A stretch of 30,308 nt of DNA from Macrostomum lignano (taxonomy: Eukaryota), in contig NIVC01000537.1 in assembly GCA_002269645.1 (NCBI GenBank), positions 1 to 30,308 of the forward strand, given 5' to 3'. Made by a program: the position numbers and the translations under genes. The notes beneath the pieces were generated by a model, which did no database searches, had not been told where the DNA came from, and saw only the letters and a program-made list of their open reading frames with translations. Below, piece by piece: positions 10,001-22,000 of the stretch. Numbering within the stretch: the stretch's first letter is position 1; each line of letters starts with the position of its first letter.

Positions 10001-13000
10001 CTCTTGATCCCAGATCCCAACCTCTTGATCCCAGATCCCAACCTCTTGATCCCAGATCCCAACCTCTTGATCCCAGATCCCAACCTCTTGATACCAGATC
10101 CCACCCCGTGATCCCCAGATCCCAATCCCTTGATCCCAGATCCCGATCCCTTGATCCCAGATCCCAATCTCTTGATCCCAGATCCCAACCTCTTGATCCC
10201 AGATCTTAACTCCTTGATCCCAGTTCCCAGATCCTAGATTAGCAGCGCTAAAAATTCAACCCTAAAATTTGAGTTCAGATCCCGGATAAATGATTATGAA
10301 ATTCCTAAAAATTCACTCCCAGCTTTATCTAAATAATTTCGAAAGCATTTATGCTACTTAAAGTAGTTAACTTATTTTTAAAACAGAATAATTTTTATTT
10401 AATAAGCAATATTGATTGAAATGATAGCTATTGAAAATGCAGGATCTAGAGCGCGGCTGCTGCCGAAGCCAAGTTGGCAAAGTGCCAACCTCCGGCGTGG
10501 CGGCCATCGCTCGCGGTTGGAAAGGCCAGAAGTTCTACAATCCCGGCACACTGAAGGAGCTGCTGACTCTGCTTGGCAGACTGCGGAATGATAATTATCG
10601 ATTGGTGTTTGGCAACACGTCTAGCGGCGTGTTTAAAGAGGACGCCATTGCTGATCATTACGTGAATATTAGGAATGTTCCCGAACTGTATAAGATTGAG
10701 GTGAGCTTCGGTTTGTTGCTATTCATTTTTTAGTATCTTTCTCACAATATTTTTTTCGTTTTGCTAGTTTTTTTGAAAATTTTCGTATGTTTTTTTCTAA
10801 ATTTCCTCATTCCCAGAATCCCAGAAACTCCCCATTTCCATAAATTTCTTCATTCATTCCCAGAAATTTCCTCTCCCAGAAATTCCCCATTCCCATAAAT
10901 TTCCCATTTCCATAAATTTCTTCATTCATTCCCACGAATTTCCCATTCCCAGAAATTTCCTCTCCCAGAAATTCCCCATTTCCAGAAATTTCCTCCCAGA
11001 AATTCCCCATTCCCATAAATTTCCTCTCCAAGAAACTCCCCATTCCAATGAATTCCCCATTCCCAAAAATTTCCTCTCCCAGAAATTCCCCATTCCCATA
11101 AATTTCCTCTCCAAGAAACTCCCCATTCCAATGAATTCCCCATTCCCAAAAATTTCCTCTCCCCATTCCAATGAATTCCCCATTCCCATTTCCTCTCCCA
11201 GAAAATTCCCCATTGCCAGAAATTCCCCATTCCCAGAATTTCCCTATTCTTAAAAATTCCCCATTTCCAAAACTTTTCCCAATCCCAAAAAATCTCCCAT
11301 TCCAAAATGCTTCCCCGTTTTTAAATAATTTCCTCAGTTCCCAAAAAATTATCCATTTCCAAAAAATTCCTCATTGCTAAGAATTTCCCAATTCCCGAAA
11401 ATTTCCTCAACTCCAAAAATTCCCATTTTGGGAAACTTTATCATTCAGGAAAACTTATTTCCGAATATTTTCAATCGTACAAGTTATGAATATTATCAAG
11501 AAAATTGCTGCCTTGTTTATTTTCTCCACCAAACCACAGGAGACCGAGGCCAGCCTAGAGATCGGTTCCAATCTCACCCTGCACGACCTGCTAGTGCTAT
11601 TCGCTCGCGTTGCCAATGACAACAAACAAGCCGGCAGGGCCTACCTGGGCCAGTTCTCCCGCCACCTGCAGCAGGTGGCCAATCAGGCAGTCCGTAGAAA
11701 CGGTTGCTGGGCGGGCAATCTCATGCTCAAGTTGGCCCATCCCGAATTCCCCTCCGACCTGTTCGTGCTGATGGCCGCTTCCGGAGCCATTGTGAAAGTC
11801 GCCGACTCAATTGACGGTGGAGCGGCTGTTCAAGAGTACACGATGACCGACTTTCTTCGGCAGGACATGCGCGGCCGGGTCGTCACCTCGGCGCTCCTGC
11901 CGCTCTCTGGCGGCGTCGGGCAGCGGTTCGGCTCGTTCAAGATTACTCCCAGGGCTCTGGTGGGTTGGCCATTGTTGTTTGATTGCCTTGTTCGCTATGC
12001 ACTCATTTCTGAAGATTCTAAATTCTAAAGATCCCCATTCTAAATTCTAAAGATCCCCATTCTAAATTCTAAAGATCCCCATTCTAAAGATTCCCATTCC
12101 AATGATGCCCATTCTAAAGTCTAAAGATCCCCATTCTAAAGATCCCCATTCTAAAGATTCCCATTCCAATGATGCCCATTCTAAAGATCCCCATTCTAAA
12201 GTCTAAAGATCCCCATTCTAAAGATCCCCATTCTAAAGATTCCCATTCCAATGATGCCCATTCTAAAGTCTAAAGATCCCCATTCTAAAGATCCCCATTC
12301 TAAAGATTCCCATTCCAATGATGCCCATTCTAAAGATCCCCATTCTAAAGATTCCCATTCCAATGATCCCCATTCTAAAGTCTAAAGATCCCCATTCTAA
12401 AGATCCCCATTCTAAAGATTCCCATTCCAATGATGCCCATTCTAAAGATCCCCATTCTAAAGATCCCATTCCAATGATCCCCATTCTAAAGATCCCCATT
12501 CTAAAGATCCCCATTCCAATGATCCCCATTCTAAAGATCCCCATTCTAAAGATCCCCATTCCAATGATCCCCATTCTAAAGATCCCCATTCTAAAGATCC
12601 CCATTCCAATGATCCCCATTCTAAAGATCCCCATTCTAAAGATCCCCATTCTAAAGACCCCCATTCTAAAGATCCTCATTATAAAGATCCCCAATTCAAA
12701 GATCTCCATTTTAACGATCCCCATTCCAAAGATCCCCATTTCATAGATCCCCATTTCAAAGATCCCCATTCCAAAGATCATGATTCTAAAGATCCCCATT
12801 TCAAAGATCCCCATTCCTAAGATCCTCATTCTAAAGATCCACACACCAAATATTTAAAATCTCAGAACGCCCACGCCTACCTCAACGCCGCGTTCAACGT
12901 CTCCGTGGACTCAGCCAACGGCTACACAGTCACTGATCGGCCCAGAATTGTCTACGGCGGCGTGTGTGACAAGTTTGTAAGCGCAGATTAAAAAAACACT

Positions 13001-16000
13001 GATTTTCATGGCTTATGACTAGGAATTTATTTAGTAATGTTAATTTTTCTTTCAGAATCACGCTGTTAAAACTGAGAACTATTTGCAGAATAAGAGCCTT
13101 ATAGATCAGGAGACTGTTAACGGTGAGATTGTCATTCAGGTTGTTAAAAAATCATATTTTATTTTCACACTCAAAACGTCCCATCATTCACTCTTTCAAA
13201 TGCTTATCCACGCTCTTACTCACTCACTCACTCGCTCGTTCACTCACTCACTCGCTCACACTCACTCACTCACTCACTCACTCACTCACTCACTCACTTA
13301 CTCACTCACTCACTCACTCACTCGCTCACTCACTCACTCACTCACTCACTCACTTACTCACTCACTCACTCACTCGCTCACTCACTCTACAATCACTCAC
13401 TCACTCGCTCGCTCACTCACTCACTCACTCGCTCACTCACTCATTCACTCACTCACTCACTTACTCACTCACTCACTCGCTCACTCACTCACTCACTTAC
13501 TCACTCACTCACTCGCTCACTCACTCACTCACTCACTCATTCACTCACTCACTCACTTACTCACTCACTCACTCGCTCACTCACTCACTCACTTACTCAC
13601 TCACTCACTCGCTCACTCACTCACTCACTCACTCATTCACTCACTCACTCATTCACTCACTCACTCACTTACTCACTCACTCACTTACTCACTCACTCAC
13701 TCACTCACTCACTCACTCACTCACTCACTCGCTCGCTCACTCACTCACTCACTCATCCGCCCCACGCCCGCAGGCGCCATCAAGGTGCTGGAATCGGAGC
13801 TGAACCCGGCCGAAGAGGCCACCTGGTCCAGTCCGCAGCACCGCCGCTCGCTAGCCAGCAACCTGCTGTACAAGTTCATCCTCGGCGTCGCCTCCGCCGC
13901 CCTGCCAGCCGCGGACAGCAGCGGAGCTCAAGTTTTCGTGCGTCGAGTCCAGTCAGCTGAGCAGGACTTCGAGCAGGAGCCGAGCGAGTTGCCGTCGGCG
14001 CCGCTAGGGCGAGCCTGCCCAAGCCCGAGGCCCGAGGACAGACTGCTGGAGAGGCTCAGTACGTCAACGATGCTCCTAGTAGGAGCAATGAGCTGTTTGG
14101 CGCGTTCGTACTCGCCCAGGAGGCTCCGGCTAAGCTGAAGGGATTCGGCACCGAGGAGGCTGAGGTGAGCGGCGTTGCGGTAGGGGTGGTAGCATGTGAA
14201 ATTTGACACTTGATAGATGTCTTGAAATCCTGAGAATCCCAAAAATTGTTGATATATGAGTACGCTATGCCACAAAAAACCTCAAAATAAAGGATAAAAG
14301 ATCAAAGGGTAGCATCCTGCAGTGAAAGTGGAACCTTGGGGTAGATGTCTCTATTGGAGGGATAGTGGGCACTGAACACCCTGGGGTAGAGGTCTCTAGA
14401 GGAGGGATAGCGGGCACTAACCAGCCCTGGGGTAGAGGTCTCTAGATGAGGGATAGCGGGCACTGAACACCCTGGGGTAGAGGTCTCTAGATGAGGGATA
14501 GCGGGCACTGAACACCCTGGGGTAGAGGTCTCTAGATGAGGGATAGCGGGCACTGAACACCCTGGGGTAGAGGTCTCTAGATGAGGGATAGCGGGCACTG
14601 AACACCCTGGGGTAGAGGTCTCTAGATGAGGGATAGCGGGCACTGAACACCCTGGGGTAGAGGTCTCTAGATGAGGGATAGCGGGCACTGAACACCCTAG
14701 GGTAGAGGTCTCTAGATGAGGGATAGCGGGCACTGAACACCCTGGGGTAGAGGTCTCTAGATGAGGGATAGCGGGCACTGAACACCCTGGGGTAGAGGTC
14801 TCTAGATGAGGGATAGCGGGCACTGAACACCCTAGGGTAGAGGTCTCTAGATGAGGGATAGCGGGCACTGAACACCCTGGGGTAGAGTTCTCTATTGGAG
14901 GGATAGCGGGCACTGAACACCCTGGGGTAGAGTTCTCTATTGGAGGGATAGCGGGCACTGAACACCCTGGGGTAGAGGTCTCTAGAGTGGGATAACGGGC
15001 ACTGGGTTAGAGGTCTCTAAGAGTGGGATAACGGGCGCAGAGTCACAGACGAGTTTGGGTTAACGGCCGCACCGTAATGCTCTGACTCAAATGATCAACT
15101 TTCAGCAAGTGCCAGGCTACGACCGATTGATCACGGCTAAGGATCTGGAAGGTCGTTACGACAATAATTACGTTTCGGCTCTGATTCCGCCCCAGTTTGC
15201 GTGAGTCGTAATATAGGCACGCACTAAAATGCCTAAAAGTACATTCTTAATCTGTCATCATTAAGAGTCTCTCAGTAATCATTGTGAGAGTCTCTCCATC
15301 GTCATCATTATGAGAGTCTCTCCTTCATCGTTGTGAGAGTCTCCATCATCATTGCGAGAGTCTCTCCTTCATCATCTTCAGTCTCCTGCATCATCGTGAG
15401 AGTCTCCTGCATCATAGTCTTAAGTCTCCTGCACCATTGTGAGTCTCTCCTTCATCATTGTGAGAGTCTCCTGCATCATTGTGAGAGAGTCTCACTGCAT
15501 CATTGTGAGAGTCTCCTGCATCATTGTGAGAGAGTCTCCTGCATCATCGTGAGAGTCTCCTGCATCATTGTGAGAGTCTCCTGCATCATTTTGAGAGTCT
15601 CCTGCATCATTGTGAGAGAGTCCCTGCATCATTGTGAGAGAGTCCCTGCATCATTGTGAGAGAGTCTCCTGCATCATTGTGAGAGTCTCCTGCATCATTG
15701 TGAGAGTCTCCTGCATCATTGTGAGAGTCTCCTGCATCATCGTGAGAGTCTCCTGCATCATTGTGAGAGTCTCCTGCATCATTGTGAGAGTCTCCTGCAT
15801 CATTGTGAGAGAGTCTCCTGCATCATTTTGAGAGTCTCCTGCATCATCGTGAGAGTCTCCTGCATCATTGTGAGAGAGTCTCCTGCATCATCGTGAGAGT
15901 CTCCTGAATCACCGTGAGAGTCTCTCCTCCATCAGTGCGCCCATTTACACAGTCTAAACTCTATATAATTGCACTGCAGACAAACTGAGGAAATCTTGGT

Positions 16001-19000
16001 CACCACAGAGGTTCGCTACGCCGGCCAGCCGCTGGCCATAGTGCTCGCCAAAAGTCAGCGAGCTGCTGACAGAGCCGCCGCCCTGGTCACGGTTGACCTT
16101 GAACAGACTGGCGAGCCAATCACTAGCGTTGCTGAAGCTGTTGCCAAGGCCTCGGTTGTCATGGAGCCGCCCGTGGAGACTGTTGGCTCCGAGGATGTGG
16201 CGAAAGAGTTGGATAGTCAGCCTTGCCGGATTGAAGGCCAAATCGTTGTTAATGAGCAGGTTGGCTTTTCTCATTCTTTTTGGTTTTATAGAGCCTTATA
16301 ATTGCTAGGAATCGCCATTCACCGGCCTTAGAATCGCCATTCACCAGCCTTAGGAATCGCCTTTCACTAACTCTTGAAAAATCGCCATTCACCACCTTTA
16401 AGAATTTCCATTCACCACTTTAAGAATCGCCATTCACCACTCTAAGAATCGCCATTCACCACTTTAAGAATCGCCATTCACCACTTTAAGAATCGCCATT
16501 CACCACTCTAAGAATCGCCATTCACCACTTTAAGAATTTCCCATTCACCACTCTAAGAATCGCCCAATCACCTTTCTTAGAATCGCCCATTCACCACTTT
16601 AAGAATCGCCATTCACCACTCTAAGAATCGCCCAATCACCTTTCTTAGAATCGCCCATTCACCACTTTAAGAATCGCCATTCACCACTCTAAGAATCACC
16701 ATTCACAACTCTAAGAATCGCCATTCACCACATTTAAAAATCCCCATTTACCACCTCTAAGAATTGCCATTCACTACCTTTAAGAATTGCCATTCACCAC
16801 CTTAAGAAACACCATTGACTAACCTAAAAAATCGCCATTTACCACCCTAAGAATCGCCATTCACATTCCTGAGAATAGCTCGTTCACCATCTTAAGAATC
16901 GTCCATTCACCACCTCTAAGAATCGCCATTTACTACCTTCAGAATAAGAATCGCCATTCACCATCCTAAGAATCGTTATTCACCATCCTAAGAATCGCGA
17001 TTCAACACCTTAAGAATCGCCGTTCACTACAACGTGAAGCCACTCTATGGCCCAACCATTCCCAAACCGCAGGCGCACTTCTTCATGGAGTCCCTGACCG
17101 CCAGCGTGACGCCATGCGAGGAGGGCCTGCTGATCTCGGTGCCGCACCAGTGGGCGGACGCCCTGGTCATGACCCTTCGCCGCGTGCTCCGCCGTCCGGC
17201 CAACGAGCTCCGAGTTGTGACACCCCGAATCGGCGGCGGGTTCGGTGGCAAGCTGATCATGTCGGATCTGATCGCCTGCGCCACCTGTGTCGCCGCCGAC
17301 ATTGCCCAGCAACCGGTGCGGATGTACCTGACTCTGGCCTCCAACATGCAGCTGGCGATGAAGCGGCCCGGCATGCTGCTGCGATACAAGGGCGCCGTCA
17401 ATGCTGAGGGCAAACTTAGGGCGGCTGACTGGGAGATCAATAATGAAGTTGGCTATACCGTTAATATGCAGGTGAACATTGGGGATTTTTAACTTGAGAT
17501 TTAAGCAGTTTTGAACTCCATCAATTCATTTTAGGATTCCGATTCCATGAAGTTTTTGGGATTTCAGATCCCATAATGTTTTTGAGATTTCAGATTCCAT
17601 ACTGTTTTTGAGATTTCAGATTCCATAATGTTTTTGGGATTTCAGATTCCATAATGTTTTTGGGATTTCAGATTCCATAATGTTTTTTGGATTTCAAATC
17701 CCATGAAGTTTTTGGGATTTCAGATCCCATGAAATTTTTGTGATTTAAGTTTCCATGGAGTATCTGGGATTTCAGATCCCATGAAGTTTTTGGGATTTCC
17801 CATTCCATGAAGTTTTTGGGATTTTAGATCCCATGAAGTTGTTGGGATTTCAGATCCCATTGAAGTTTTTGGGATTTCAGATCCCATGAAGTCGTTGGGA
17901 TTTCAGATCCCATTGAAGTTTTTGGGATTTCAGATCCCATGAAGTCGTTGGGATTTCAGATCCAATGAAGTCGTTGGGATTTCAGATCCCATGAAGTCGT
18001 TGGCATTTCCGATCCCATGAAGTCGTTGGGATTTCCGATCCCATGAAGTTTTTGGGATTTGCGCTGCCGTGCAATTGTTATTCTAAGAAATCTATAAACT
18101 CCGATCCCATCGTTGTGGGGATTTAAATATCTAAGGATCTTATAAGAGATTATTAGTCTTTTAAACTATTCTCGAAGCAAGCTCCCACCCCTTAAAATTC
18201 TCCCCAGACCATGATCGCAGACGAGCTCAAGCACACCTTGGACATGGGCTACCGGTGCCCAAACTACTCCTTTCGCATCCGTCACATGCGCACGGACAAA
18301 CCCGAGAGCACGTTTGTTCGCGGCCCGGGACCGGCTGTGAGCTCTCTAGCCAACCTGCTGCTCATGGACCACCTGGCATTCGAGGCCGGCATGGACCCCA
18401 TTGAGTTCAAGTTCAACAATCTCTACAAGGATGGAGACGTAATGTTGCCTTGGTTGCTCATTAATTACCAGGCTTAGTCTAGGAACAAAGGATCAGTGAT
18501 TCTGGGATTGGGATCAGTGATTCTCAGATTGGGATCAGTGATTCTCAGATTGGGATCAGTGATTCTCAGATTGGGATCAGTGATTCTCAGATAATGATTA
18601 GGGATTTTGAGATTGGGATCAGTGATTCTCAGATTGGGATCAGTGATTCTCAGATTGGAATCAGTGATTCTCAGATTGGAATCAGTGATTCTCAGATTGG
18701 AATCAGTGATTGTGAGATTGGGATCAGTGATTGTGAGATTGGGATCAGTGATTCTCAGAATGGGATCAGTGATTGTGAGATTGGGATCAGTAATTCTGAG
18801 ATTGGGATCAGTGATTCTCAGATTGGGATTAGTGATTCTCAGATTGGGATCAGTGATTCTCAGATAATGATTAGGGATTTTGAGATTGGGATCAGTGATT
18901 CTCAGATTGGGATCAGAGATTCTCAGATTGGGATCAGTGATTCTCAGATTGGAATCAGTGATTCTCAGATTGAAATCAGTGATTGTGAGATTGGGATCAG

Positions 19001-22000
19001 TGATTGTGAGATTGGGATCAGTGATTCTCAGAATGGGATCAGTGATTGTGAGATTGGGATCAGTGATTCTCAGATTGGGATCAGTGATTCTCAGATTGGG
19101 ATTAGTGATTCTCAGATTGGGATCAGTGATTCTCAGATAATGATTAAGGATTTTGAGATTGGGATCAGTGATTCTCAGATTGGGATCAGAGATTCTCAGA
19201 TTGGGATAAGTGATTCTCAGATTGGAATCAGTGATTGTGAGATTGGGATCAGTGATTGTGAGATTGGGATCAGTGATTCTCAGAATGGGATCAGTGATTG
19301 TGAGATTGGGATCAGTAATTCTGAGATTGGGATCAGTGATTCTCAGATTGGGATTAGTGATTCTCAGATTGGGATCAGTGATTCTCAGATAATGATTAGG
19401 GATTTTGAGATTGGGATCAGTGATTCTCAGATTGGGATCAGAGATTCTCAGATTGGGATCAGTGATTCTCAGATTGGAATCAGTGATTCTCAGATTGAAA
19501 TCAGTGATTGTGAGATTGGGATCAGTGATTGTGAGATTGGGATCAGTGATTCTCAGAATGGGATCAGTGATTGTGAGATTGGGATCAGTGATTCTCAGAT
19601 TGGGATCAGTGATTCTCAGATTGGGATTAGTGATTCTCAGATTGGGATCAGTGATTCTCAGATAATGATTAAGGATTTTGAGATTGGGATCAGTGATTCA
19701 CAGATTGGGATCAGAGATTCTCAGATTGGGATAAGTGATTCTCAGATTGGAATCAGTGATTGTGAGATTGGGATCAGTGATTGTGAGATTGGGATCAGTG
19801 ATTCTCAGAATGGGATCAGTGATTGTGAGATTGGGATCAGTGATTCTCAGATCGGGATCAGAGAATAACTCTTAAGACACAAAATCAACGAAACTACTAA
19901 TCTGAAAACTTCTAAACCAAAAGCTTACTAATCTTGCCTTCCAGTTCGACATCCTGGGCAACAAACGGGAGGGCGACAATTTCCAGCGGATGTGGAGCGA
20001 GCTGCTGCAGCTGGCCGATATTGAAGCCAGGCGAAAGGAAATTGAAGAATTTAATAAGGTGAAAGAGCTGGTGTTGTGTCTATTGTTGGGTATTATCTAT
20101 TCTGTGTCTATTGTTGTTTATCTGTTGTTGCACTCCTTTTATACCGAATGCCACTTCTATTATACAGAATGTCACTCCAGTTATACAGAATGTCACTCCT
20201 GTTATAAATAATGTCACTCCTGTTATACAAATGTCACTCCTGTTGTAAGTAATGTCACTCCTGTTGTACAGAATATCACTCCTATTATACAAAATGTCAC
20301 TCCTGTTATACAGAATGTCACTCCTGTTATACAGAATGTCACTCCTATTATACAGAATGTCACTCCTATTATACAGAATGCCACTACTGTTATACAGAAT
20401 GTCACTCCAGTTATACAGAATGTCACTCCTGTTATACAGAATGTCACTCCTGTTATACAGAATGTCACTCCTGTTATACAGAATGCCACTACTGTTATAC
20501 AGAATGTCACTCCTGTTGTACAGAATGTCACTCCTTGCTCACCCCAGGCCAACACATTTCGCAAGCGCGGCCTGGACATGACTGCTGTGTCCTATCAGAT
20601 CGGCTACGATCGCGGGCGGCCCTCGCAGGTGTACCTGACTGTCCAGGGCTCCGACGGCAGCGTCACCCTGACCCACAGCGGTGCCGAGATGGGTCAGGGC
20701 CTCGGGGTCAAGTGCGCCCAAGCTGTAGCCGCCAAGCTCAATATCGACCTGACTCTGATCAAACTCAAGCCCACGGATAGTCACGTGACGCCTAATAATG
20801 ACGTCACCGGGGGCAGCTCGACTAGCGAGTGGAACTGCCAGGCAGCGGTGAACGCCGCGGAGCAGATCAACCAGCGGCTGGAGACGCTCAGGGCTGCCAA
20901 TCCACAGGACTCTTGGCCGGCTCTGGTGGGCAAGGCTGTGTCCGCCGGGATCTGCTTGGCCGCAATGGAGTGTGAGGATTTTGGGGTTGGGATTTTAGAT
21001 TGTGGGATTGGGATTTTAGATTGTGGGATTGGGATTCTAAATTGTGGGATTGGGATTCTAGATTGTGGGATTGGGATTCTAGATTGTGGGATTGGGATTC
21101 TAGATTGTGGGATTGGGATTTTAGATTGTGGGATTGGGATTTTAGATTGTGGGATTGGGATTTTAGATTGTGGGATTGGGATTCTAAATTGTGGGATTGG
21201 GATTCTAGATTGTGGGATTGGGATTCTAGATTGTGGGATTGGGATTCTAGATTGTGGGGTTGGGATTTTAGATTGTGGGATTGGGATTCTAGATTTTAGG
21301 ATTGGGATTCTAGATTTTAGGATTGGGATTCTAGATTTTAGGATTGGGATTCTAGATTTTAGGATTGGGATTCTAGATTTTAGGATTGGGATTCTAGATT
21401 TTAGGATTAGGATTCTAGATTTTGGGGTTGGAATTTCAAATTGTGGGATTGGGACTTTAGACTTTGGTTCGGAATTTTAGATTGTGGGATTGGGATTCCA
21501 CAATCTCAATTCTATATAGAGATTTTATATCACCTAGCTTAATGGAGTCAACTGGTTCAGAGATGTTGAACTTGAAATCTCAAACCAACCCTGTCGCAGG
21601 TTCACGGCAGACAACGCCGGTCGCAAGGCCGGTCGCTACTGCAGCACCGGGGTCGGCGCCGTGGAAGCCGAGGTCGACGTCCTCACGGGCCTCTACGAGA
21701 TCCGCCGAGTGGACATCACCATGGACGTGGGCCGGTCCATCAACCCAGGGGTGGACATTGGCCAGATTGAAGGCGCCTTCGTCATGGGCATGGGCTACTA
21801 CCTGATGGAGCGGACCGTCTATGATGCCGATTCTGGGCGGAACCTCACCGACTCCACCTGGGAGTACAAGGTGCCGCAGGCGGCCGATACGCCTAGGGAT
21901 TTCCGGGTGCACATTTTGAAGGTGAATAGGCTTGTGCTGTGTCGGGATTTCTATATCTTATTCCAAAACTCCAAGATCCCCAATCTCAAAACGCAGAGAT

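Noticed and set aside
13990-14022. Programmed ribosomal frameshifting as an explanation for the AOX and ENaC frame breaks
   Set aside because: No slippery heptamer or obvious stimulatory structure. Both breaks fit loss of one base in a short G or C run.
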